Shown here: in pieces, positions 8,991-16,794 of the stretch
Layout: every line of letters begins with the position of its first letter
Position numbering within the stretch: the stretch's first letter is position 1
Notes under the pieces: generated by a model
Told to the model about the DNA's origin: nothing
Seen by the model: only the letters and a program-made list of their open reading frames with translations
Databases searched by the model: none
Source: Prosthecobacter sp.
GTDB lineage: Bacteria; Verrucomicrobiota; Verrucomicrobiia; Verrucomicrobiales; Verrucomicrobiaceae
Direction of reading: 5' to 3'
NCBI RefSeq assembly: GCF_034366625.1
Contig: NZ_JAXMIH010000012.1
Span: forward strand, 29,358-93,357
Length of the DNA: 64,000 nucleotides
Translations under genes and position numbers: made by a program

Positions 8991-9115
8991 CCATGCTTAT
9001 GCTATATCGGGAACGCTTTCTCGCTGCAATTTCATTACTAGAGCTGATTTTTGACCAAATCTGATCCCTTCGAGCTTCAGGCTTGCCAGCTTTTGCCTGT
9101 GCGACATCATCCACT

Positions 9116-10528
9116 ATGGGCAGGCTGTTCAACCTCATCAGTGCGTCCAAATCCCTTCGTCACGCCCAGAACCTGAGCCGGCCCGCCATGCTGGCATTGC
9201 AGGAGAGGCGCTGGCGCGGGCTCGCACGCCATGCACTGAAGACGAGTCCGTTTTACCGCCGCCACATGGCGGGCCTTGATCCAGATCGCTGCTCCCTGGA
9301 AGACATCCCGCCTCTGACCAAGTCGATGCTCATCGAAAACTGGGATGAGATCGTGTCAGAACCCTGCCTTCGCCAGGCGGCTCTGGAAAAGCATCTGGAA
9401 AACCCGGCGAACTGGAACCGTCTGCTCCATGGGCGCTGGATGATCAGCCATACGTCTGGAACCACGGGGCAAAGCGTGATCATTCCCCACGACATCGAGT
9501 CGGTGGACTGGCTGCATGCCGTCCATGCCGCGCGCAACGGCCCCGCAAACACCGCCTCCCGCCCGCCGTGCCTGAATCTCTTTCAGCGCAGGCCTCGCCT
9601 CGCGGCATTCATCTGGGGAACGGCGCCCTCCACCTCCTCTGCCTTGTTTCACACACGTCCATGGGTAGGAGCTCTGTTCGGCAGCCATCACGCGATCAAT
9701 TCAGGCGCCGCTTGGGATGACATCTTGCGGCAACTGAACGAGCTCCAGCCTGACATTTTGATCTGCTACGCGTCCATGCTCGAACGTCTGGCGCTCTCCC
9801 AACTCAATGGCAGCCTCAAACTCGCTCTCTCCCATCCGGCTGCCAGTGTTTCGACCGGAGGCGATGTCCTCACTCCGGGCATTCGCGCCCTTTGTCGGCA
9901 GGCATTCAATCAAGAACCTCTCGACGGTTACGGCACCGGTGAATCACCCGCCATCGCACGGCAGTGGCATGGCATGGACCGTCTCATGCTGCTGGAAGAC
10001 CTGACGGCCTTCGAGGCTGTCGATCGTGACGAGAAACCTGTCACAGAGGGCGAAATCTCAGACCATGTGCTGGTGACTCCGCTCATCAACCGGGCGGTGC
10101 CTCTGCTCCGCTATCGCCTCGACGACCGAGTGCGCATCGGCCCCGTCCAGCCGGGCTGGCCCTTCCGCAGCATCGCTGAAATCCTGGGCCGCACCACGAT
10201 GACCTTCGCCTACCATATTCCGGAAGAACGGGTGGTTGTCGGCATGAACGTATTCGGCATCTACGAGACGGACCCCCGCGTCATCAACTGGCAGGCACGT
10301 CAAACAGGTCCAGCCAGCATCGAGTGCGTGTTCACCATCTTTCCAGGAGTCGATGTCGCGAAACTGACGGCCGAAATCCTGGCCAACATGCGCCAGCATC
10401 TGGATTCTTGCGCCTGCCACCAGGTGACATGCGCCGCGAAATGTGTGCCCTCCATCGAGGCCGACCCTCGCACAGGCAAGGTTAATCAATTCGTGCCTTT
10501 GCCTGCCAAGGTGCGCTCCGCCTCGTGA
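9116..10528 (+). CDS. Phenylacetate-CoA ligase (PaaK)/CapK-like adenylate-forming enzyme, paralog 2
   Basis: HTSGTTG P-loop, DGYGTGE, PLLRYRLDD. Colinear with 6535..7929 from MGRL(F/L)NLI onward. Start moved to ATG 9116. Confidence 0.85.
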   Translation: MGRLFNLISASKSLRHAQNLSRPAMLALQERRWRGLARHALKTSPFYRRHMAGLDPDRCSLEDIPPLTKSMLIENWDEIVSEPCLRQAALEKHLENPANWNRLLHGRWMISHTSGTTGQSVIIPHDIESVDWLHAVHAARNGPANTASRPPCLNLFQRRPRLAAFIWGTAPSTSSALFHTRPWVGALFGSHHAINSGAAWDDILRQLNELQPDILICYASMLERLALSQLNGSLKLALSHPAASVSTGGDVLTPGIRALCRQAFNQEPLDGYGTGESPAIARQWHGMDRLMLLEDLTAFEAVDRDEKPVTEGEISDHVLVTPLINRAVPLLRYRLDDRVRIGPVQPGWPFRSIAEILGRTTMTFAYHIPEERVVVGMNVFGIYETDPRVINWQARQTGPASIECVFTIFPGVDVAKLTAEILANMRQHLDSCACHQVTCAAKCVPSIEADPRTGKVNQFVPLPAKVRSAS

Positions 10529-10547
10529 CATCAGCGAGCTTCTTCGC

Positions 10548-12143
10548 CTACTTCCTCTTGCCCTTCCCTTTCTTCTTCGCCTCCGGCTTCGGCCCCGCCT
10601 GCGCGACGAATTCTTGCTCCAGTTTCTCCCAGCGCTCCGCCATCGCTTTCACCCGCTCCGGTTCCTTCGTTGCAAGGTTGTTCGACTCCGCACGATCCGT
10701 GCTGAGCTTGTAAAGCTCCCACGCATCGCCGTTGTCGGCGGCGCTGACGATCTTCCAGTCGCCTTCACGCAGCGCACGATTGCCAGAGTGATGCCAAAAC
10801 AGGAAATCGCGGCTGAGCGTCTCATCCTTCGCAAAAGCAGGCAGCAGACTGCGCCCTGGATACGGCGGCGCATTCTCCGGCATCACCGGCTTAGCGTCAC
10901 CCGCCAACGCGAGCAATGTCGGCACCACGTCGATCACATGACCCGGCGTGTGCCTCAGTTCACCCTTCGCGGCAATGCCCTGCGGCCAGTGCGCGATGAA
11001 CGGCGTGCTGATGCCGCCTTCATGCACCCAGATCTTGTGCCGACGAAACGGCGTGTTCGACACCGTCGAGCCTCCGGGCCCGAGGCAGAGATACGAAGCC
11101 GCTGCACCCATCGGCGCGGCCTTGTCGTGCCCCAGGCCACGCACCATCACCTCCGCGCTCGCGCCGTTGTCGGAGAGTAACAGAATGAGCGTATCCTCGA
11201 AGACATTCATCGCCCGCAGTTGCGCCAGCACGCGTCCCACTTCCTGATCGAGTCGGTCGATCATCGCCGCGTGAATCGCCTGTTTCGTAGCCTGAAACTG
11301 TTTCTGCTCATCCGTCAGACTCTCCCACGGCACCGCATGCCGTGTTTCACCGGCACCGAGGATTTCCAGATCGCTCTCCTTGCCGCTCGGTGCGGTGATT
11401 TGCGGTTCAGGATCAGACAATGTCGTGTCCACGAGCCCCATCCGCTTCTGCCGCTCGAATCGCGCCGCCCGCGTCGTCGGCCAGCCTTTCAGGTACGTGT
11501 CCTTGTACTTCGCGATGTCCTCCGGCAGCGCCTGAATCGGGAAATGCGGTGCGGTGAAGGCCAGGTAGGTGAAGAATGGCGTGCCTGCATGCTGCTGCGC
11601 ATGCTCTTTGAGAAAATCGATCGCATGCTGTGCCATCGCCGTGCTCGAATACCACGCACCCTCCGGCACCGGCAGCGGCTGGTCATCCAGCTCGTGCCTC
11701 TTTGGATGGAAGTGATTGTCCTGCTGCGCCACGTAGTAGGAACGCGTGAAGCCCCCGTCCGCCACCACCCGCGGCGCATTGCCCACATGCCACTTGCCCG
11801 AGTGGTAGCTGCGATAGCCCAGTTCCGACAGCCGTTGCGGCAGCGTGCGCACCCAGGCCGGAAACTTGCCATACTGCGGGTCCATCCCGATCTGCTGCGC
11901 ATAATGTCCCGTCATCAGCACGCTCCGCGTCGGCCAGCAGCGCGCCGTGTTGTAAAACTGCGTGAACCGCAGCCCGCCCGCCGCCAGCTTGTCCAGATTC
12001 GGCGTCGCAATCTCACTGCCATAACATCCGAGATCGGAGTAGCCGAGATCATCCGCCAGGATGATCAGGAAGTTGGGTTTTGCGGGAGCGGCGTGCAGCG
12101 TGATGCAGGCGAGAAGGAGAAAGGACAGTGGCAGGCGGATCAT
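10548..12143 (-). CDS. Arylsulfatase (sulfatase family S1), secreted
   Basis: KPNFLIILADDLGYSD, formylglycine motif CWPTR, SGKWH, LSDNG, HEGGISTP. Signal peptide from ATG 12143. Confidence 0.95.
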   Translation of the reverse strand: MIRLPLSFLLLACITLHAAPAKPNFLIILADDLGYSDLGCYGSEIATPNLDKLAAGGLRFTQFYNTARCWPTRSVLMTGHYAQQIGMDPQYGKFPAWVRTLPQRLSELGYRSYHSGKWHVGNAPRVVADGGFTRSYYVAQQDNHFHPKRHELDDQPLPVPEGAWYSSTAMAQHAIDFLKEHAQQHAGTPFFTYLAFTAPHFPIQALPEDIAKYKDTYLKGWPTTRAARFERQKRMGLVDTTLSDPEPQITAPSGKESDLEILGAGETRHAVPWESLTDEQKQFQATKQAIHAAMIDRLDQEVGRVLAQLRAMNVFEDTLILLLSDNGASAEVMVRGLGHDKAAPMGAAASYLCLGPGGSTVSNTPFRRHKIWVHEGGISTPFIAHWPQGIAAKGELRHTPGHVIDVVPTLLALAGDAKPVMPENAPPYPGRSLLPAFAKDETLSRDFLFWHHSGNRALREGDWKIVSAADNGDAWELYKLSTDRAESNNLATKEPERVKAMAERWEKLEQEFVAQAGPKPEAKKKGKGKRK

Positions 12144-12241
12144 GGAACCATCCAAAACGATGCATCGAATGAATTCATGCCCGAAAAGCGAGAGGAACGC
12201 GAACACTCCTTGTATGAGTGGCGGCGCGTTCTGCTCCGGCA

Positions 12242-12298
12242 GCGGACAAGAGTGTCCGCGCTCCCTTCAGCTTCGGCACGGCAGGGACCGTGCTCTCC
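12242..12298 (-). repeat. Two tandem REP-like palindromes (GGAG-tagged)
   Basis: Minus strand: GGAGA-GCACGG-TCCCTG-CCGTGC and GGAGC-GCGGAC-ACTCTT-GTCCGC. Each is a tag plus a 6-bp stem and 6-nt loop, intergenic after truB. Confidence 0.6.
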
Positions 12299-12301
12299 TG
12301 T

Positions 12302-13033
12302 TTAGGCCCCGCGCAGTTTGGACACGTCGTAGAGGCTGAGCATGGCGGCGAGGGCTTCGTCGCGTTTGCCTTCCTTGAGCATGTCGAAGGTGACGTGCTT
12401 GCCGGGGAGGAGTTTGAAGTGGCCGGAGCGGGTGCGGCGCAGGGCGCTCAAGTGCGCGCCGCAGCCGAGCTTCTGGCCGATGTCATGCGCGTAGGTGCGG
12501 ACGTAGAAGCCTTTGCTGCAGACGATGCGGAAGTCGATCTGCGGCGACTCAAAGCGGGTGATCTCGTAATCGTACACGTGGACGAAGCGCGGCTCGCGCA
12601 CGACTTCCTGGCCTTTGCGGGCGAGCTTATAAAGCGGCACGCCGCCGATCTTGATGGCGGAGACCATGGGCGGCATCTGGTAGAAATCCCCCTTGAGGGT
12701 ATCGAAGACGGCCTTTACCTGCTCGAGGGTGAGATCGGCAGGAACGGGCTTTTCTTCCACCGCTTCGCCTTCGGCGTCCTGGGAGTTGGTGGTTTTGCCC
12801 AGGGTGATGGTGCCGACGTATTCCTTGTCCTCGGACATGAGGAGATCGGACAGGCGGGTGCCGTTGCCGAGCACGAGGATGAGCATGCCGGTGGCCATGG
12901 GGTCGAGCGTGCCGCAGTGGCCGATCTTCTTCATGTTCAGGCAACGCCGCGCCACGGCGACGACGTCATGCGATGTCATGTCCTGGCCTTTGTCCACCAG
13001 GAGGACGCCGCTAATCAATTCGTCTGACTTCAT
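12302..13033 (-). CDS. truB: tRNA pseudouridine(55) synthase
   Basis: LLVDK, TSHDVV, GHCGTLDPMATG, PPMVSAIK, CSKGFYVR, LRRTRSG. Confidence 0.97.
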   Translation of the reverse strand: MKSDELISGVLLVDKGQDMTSHDVVAVARRCLNMKKIGHCGTLDPMATGMLILVLGNGTRLSDLLMSEDKEYVGTITLGKTTNSQDAEGEAVEEKPVPADLTLEQVKAVFDTLKGDFYQMPPMVSAIKIGGVPLYKLARKGQEVVREPRFVHVYDYEITRFESPQIDFRIVCSKGFYVRTYAHDIGQKLGCGAHLSALRRTRSGHFKLLPGKHVTFDMLKEGKRDEALAAMLSLYDVSKLRGA

Positions 13034-13997
13034 GTTCGAGTACGGTCAAAAATTTCTCTGCTGCTTCACCGATGGGGCCGCGCAACCGTGCGCCCGCCGC
13101 CATGCGATGCCCGCCGCCGCCAAACTGCCCGCAGATGGCCGATACATCGACCCGCGCATCCTTGGAACGCGCGCTGACGCGTACCTTGCCGCCGGGCACA
13201 TCCTCAAAAATGACGCAACTGACGACGGAGTCGATCATGCGCAGGGTGTCGATGAGCCCTTCGGTGTCGCCGGGGTCCATGGCGATCTGGTCCATGAACG
13301 ACTGCGTGAGCTGCCAACTGACGATGCGGCCGTCTGCGCGGAACTGCATCTCATTGAGCATGGTGCGCATCATTTCCAGCCGGCGCAGCGGGTAGGACTG
13401 ATAGACGAGCTGCGCGAGGCGTGCCGTGTCGAGCCCGGCCTCCATCATCTCGGCGGCGATGCCATGCGTGCGGGCATTGGTGCTGGAGAACTGGAAGGAG
13501 CCGGTGTCCGTGGAGATGGCGACGAAGAGATTCTGCCGGACGGCATCGTCGATGGGCAGGCCGTGCTCGCTGAGGAGATTGTAGATGATCTGGCCGGTGG
13601 CGGGTGAGCCGGCGTCGATGAGATTGAGCGTGCCGTAGCGCGGATTGGTGGGGTGGTGGTCGATGTTCACCAGCAGCGGTGCGGGATCGAGCAGCGCCTT
13701 GCATTTTTCCCCGATGCGCTCGTGCGTGGCGGTGTCGAGAGCGATGGCGAGATCGACCTGCAGCGGCTCCGTGCCGGGCTGAATCACGGTGTCTGTGCCG
13801 GGCAGGAAGGCCAGATTCTCCGGCACGCCGTCTTCGAGCAGGGCGATGACTTCCTTGCCCAAGGCCCGCAGGCTCAGCACCAGACCGAGCACCGAGCCGA
13901 CCGCGTCTCCATCCGGCCGAACATGGGCAACGACGGCAATGCGCTGCGCGGCGCGCATGGCGGCGACGATTTCGGCGGTGGTGTTGTTGGCGGGCAT
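13011..13997 (-). CDS. nrnA: DHH/DHHA1 bifunctional oligoribonuclease/PAP phosphatase
   Basis: HVRPDGDAVGS, NIDHH, ISTDTG, GGGGHRMAAG. Usual position between rbfA and truB. Start moved to ATG 13997. Confidence 0.9.
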   Translation of the reverse strand: MPANNTTAEIVAAMRAAQRIAVVAHVRPDGDAVGSVLGLVLSLRALGKEVIALLEDGVPENLAFLPGTDTVIQPGTEPLQVDLAIALDTATHERIGEKCKALLDPAPLLVNIDHHPTNPRYGTLNLIDAGSPATGQIIYNLLSEHGLPIDDAVRQNLFVAISTDTGSFQFSSTNARTHGIAAEMMEAGLDTARLAQLVYQSYPLRRLEMMRTMLNEMQFRADGRIVSWQLTQSFMDQIAMDPGDTEGLIDTLRMIDSVVSCVIFEDVPGGKVRVSARSKDARVDVSAICGQFGGGGHRMAAGARLRGPIGEAAEKFLTVLEHEVRRID

Positions 13998-14179
13998 CAG
14001 GAACCTGTCACAAAGCACTCCCAGACTCAGGCGCAAGAAGAAGATGCATTCGCAAGACCCGCCTCGATTCCCCTGCCCCGAGTTCCGCTCCGCGTGGCAT
14101 GCGGTCGTAGCGAGGCGGCTGTCATCGAGACCGAGCGCCCACCGCAAAAAATGTATCGTCAAACCGAACGGTTTGCGAT

Positions 14180-16279
14180 ATGACCACGCTTATGAGCACT
14201 CCTCCTAGACCAGCAGGTGATTGTTTCGCGCCGATCCCCGGCAAGCCCGTTTACCGGAGATACAACCTTGAGGGAAAGGATTCATCCGAATGCTGCGAGA
14301 AGCTCATCGTCTCAGTCCATGGCATGGGCGATCAGACGCGCAATGACATGACGCAGATCGTGGCGCGGTTGTTTGCCGAATGCGCCAAGAGTGGCGGCGA
14401 CCTGCCAGCGCAGGCCAGGAACCTGCCGATGAGCCTGTGGGAAGGCGGCAACGACTACCTCACGGACGACGCCATCGCCTTCGTGAGCGGGAAGACTGTG
14501 CTCGACGAGATGGCTTTCGCCGAGTTCCACTGGGCCGATCTGCCGCGCAAACTGGAAACCGAGTGCTACCGGCTGGAAGAACCGACGAAATGGGCGCGCA
14601 GCGTGGTGGAGCGGCTGAGCCAGCGCCACAATCTCACCGACAAGGACAAGTTCGGCACGCACGGGCCGGAGCTGGCGGCCAGCGTGCTGGAAGAAATCGC
14701 CGAGACCATCCGCCTGCTGAACCAACTGCTGTTCCTGGCGGGCAAGGCCGGCGTGTTCAACTTCGACCTGGGCATCCTGCTGGAGAGGTACCTGTGCGAT
14801 GTGCAGCAGGTCGCGGACTTCATGCATCAGCGGAAAAGCATCTTGGATCGCTTCCTGAAAAGGATGACGCACTTGCACAGCCTGTGTCCCACTGCGGAGA
14901 TTCATCTGGTCGCGCACAGCGAGGGTTCAGTCGTGGCGCTGTACGGCCTGCTCAAAGCGCTGAACCCCCAGTCGCTGACGAGTCCCGAGAGAAAGGATTC
15001 CAAGAACAAGGGTGGCGAAACAAAGGAATCCTACGATCTGACGTGGCTGGAGAAAGTGCGCAGCCTCACCACCTTTGGCTCACCCATCGACAAGCATCTG
15101 ATCCTGTGGCCGGAGATGTGGTTCTCGTTCAAGCGTGATGCCACACATTGGAACAAGCCAGATCCCTCCAGCCCGGAACAACGCATCCGCTGGCGCAACT
15201 ACTATGACCTGGCCGACCCTGTGGGCTACGGCCTGGACACGGCGCGGTGCCAGTTGAAAGCCTGGGGCTGCGAGGCCTTTGAATTCGAGCCATGGCACGA
15301 TCAAGGCTTCCGCCGCTACCCGCTGCCGGGGAAGGCGCATGTGGATTACTTCGGCGACACGAAGCTGTTTCAGCACATCTGGGATCATGCCATCAAGGAA
15401 CCTGCGGCCAGTGACAAACCGATCATACCACCCAAACTCGGCAACACCTGGAAGGGCCGCCTCAGTCCCTTCCTGCCGTTTTTGATTGTGGCGCTGCTGC
15501 ATGTGGCGGCGGTGTTTGTGCTGCACAAAGCCATCGTCGTTCATCCAGAGGAGGCGATGAAGCAAGCTGGACTCACTGGTCTGGAGGGGATGCACTCTCC
15601 CGCCACAGAAAGCTCTCTCGGCATTCTGGGCTGTGCCGCGCTGCTGCTGGGCACCACGGTGCTGGCACGCACCTGGCGGATCACCCGCGACTGGCGGCTG
15701 CCACGCGACTGGCAGCACTGGCAGCACCCTGGAGATTTTGTGGCACGCGTCGTGGCGCTGCTGGTTTTTGTCCTGGGGCTGACGGTGTTCTGGCAGATTC
15801 CGGGCTTCTACACGGCGGAGATCGCCCGGAAAATTCTATTTGGGACAAGAACGTGGAGTGACGTGTTGGGAGACGGGTTGGGCGTTGGCGAGATCCGCCG
15901 TATCACCACCATCGTGTTCGGCACGCTCGCTGTCGTGGTGCTGATCATCGCCTGTGTGGCCGACTGGTGGTCGCTGAAAAAGCAAAAACGGCCGATCTGG
16001 GGGCTGCGCTGGCTCATGCTGCTGGGCGGCGGCGGCACCGCTGCTCTCATGGTGTCCACCCGCATTGGCGACAACCATCCCGAAACCTCGATGCTCGCCC
16101 TGTTCGGCGGTGCGATAGGTTTCGTCTATCTCTGGTGGCTGGGCGCGCTGCTCTACGACCTCTCCTACGTCTGGATGCGCTACATCAACACCACCTACAC
16201 CCTTCTGGACCGGGTGAGTTCGAAGACCGAAAAATTCAGCGACGAGTCAATCATCGCTCCCGACGGCTCCCGGAAATAG
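14180..16279 (+). CDS. Hypothetical protein: alpha/beta-hydrolase-like N-terminal domain plus multi-pass membrane C-terminus
   Basis: VHGMGDQ (oxyanion-like), VAHSEG nucleophile elbow, LTTFGSP, NYYDLADPVG (Asp), AHVDYF (His), then about 6 hydrophobic segments. Confidence 0.7.
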   Translation: MTTLMSTPPRPAGDCFAPIPGKPVYRRYNLEGKDSSECCEKLIVSVHGMGDQTRNDMTQIVARLFAECAKSGGDLPAQARNLPMSLWEGGNDYLTDDAIAFVSGKTVLDEMAFAEFHWADLPRKLETECYRLEEPTKWARSVVERLSQRHNLTDKDKFGTHGPELAASVLEEIAETIRLLNQLLFLAGKAGVFNFDLGILLERYLCDVQQVADFMHQRKSILDRFLKRMTHLHSLCPTAEIHLVAHSEGSVVALYGLLKALNPQSLTSPERKDSKNKGGETKESYDLTWLEKVRSLTTFGSPIDKHLILWPEMWFSFKRDATHWNKPDPSSPEQRIRWRNYYDLADPVGYGLDTARCQLKAWGCEAFEFEPWHDQGFRRYPLPGKAHVDYFGDTKLFQHIWDHAIKEPAASDKPIIPPKLGNTWKGRLSPFLPFLIVALLHVAAVFVLHKAIVVHPEEAMKQAGLTGLEGMHSPATESSLGILGCAALLLGTTVLARTWRITRDWRLPRDWQHWQHPGDFVARVVALLVFVLGLTVFWQIPGFYTAEIARKILFGTRTWSDVLGDGLGVGEIRRITTIVFGTLAVVVLIIACVADWWSLKKQKRPIWGLRWLMLLGGGGTAALMVSTRIGDNHPETSMLALFGGAIGFVYLWWLGALLYDLSYVWMRYINTTYTLLDRVSSKTEKFSDESIIAPDGSRK

Positions 16280-16329
16280 CTCTCCCAACAGATTTTCCTG
16301 GCAAGGCTGGCGCTGTGCAGCTCCGACCT

Positions 16330-16719
16330 TTATGCCGGATCAGTCTTGGCATCTTCAGAACCCTCCTCCGGCAGATCAGGCAGCGGCGGCGGGAGGTTGT
16401 CGATGATGTTGAGGAGGGGGACGGCGCGCTCGATGGTTTTGTCGAGGCGGAAGAAGAGCTGGGGGCTGCTGCGCAGTTTGACGCGCTTGTAGAGATCACG
16501 CTGGATGGCGCCGCGGGCCTTGACGAGCTTTTCGACGGCGGCATCCTGCTGATGCGGTTTCCCGATGACGCCGACATAAACGAAGCACTGCCGCATGTCG
16601 GGCGTGGGGCTCACATCGTGGATGGTGACGAGGCAGTTCTCGAAACGGTAATCCTTTTCGAGGATGGTGCAGAGTTCACGGCGAATGAGTTCGCGGACTT
16701 TTTGGACTCGGAGGGACAT
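16330..16719 (-). CDS. rbfA: Ribosome-binding factor A
   Basis: LRVQKVRELIRREL, VSPTPDMRQ, KLRSSPQLFF. Follows infB. Confidence 0.93.
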   Translation of the reverse strand: MSLRVQKVRELIRRELCTILEKDYRFENCLVTIHDVSPTPDMRQCFVYVGVIGKPHQQDAAVEKLVKARGAIQRDLYKRVKLRSSPQLFFRLDKTIERAVPLLNIIDNLPPPLPDLPEEGSEDAKTDPA

Positions 16720-16730
16720 AAGGTGGAGCT

Positions 16731-16794
16731 AAAAGCAAAGGGCTGTGGGTTTGGGAGTTCTGGACTCTTTGCCCTTGGCTCTTTGCCCTTCGCT
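16731..16794. repeat. Short heptamer-based inverted/tandem repeat between infB and rbfA
   Basis: aaaagcaaagggc ... ctctttgcccttggctctttgccctt (units AAAG[A/G]GC). Confidence 0.5.

Noticed and set aside
9074-9088. Possible sigma-54 promoter (minus strand TGGCAAGCCTGAAGC) for the methyltransferase
   Set aside because: It has GG-N10-GC spacing but lacks TTGC. The same CTTGCCAGC core upstream of paralog 1 lacks the GC, so a + strand element of the duplicated genes is more parsimonious.
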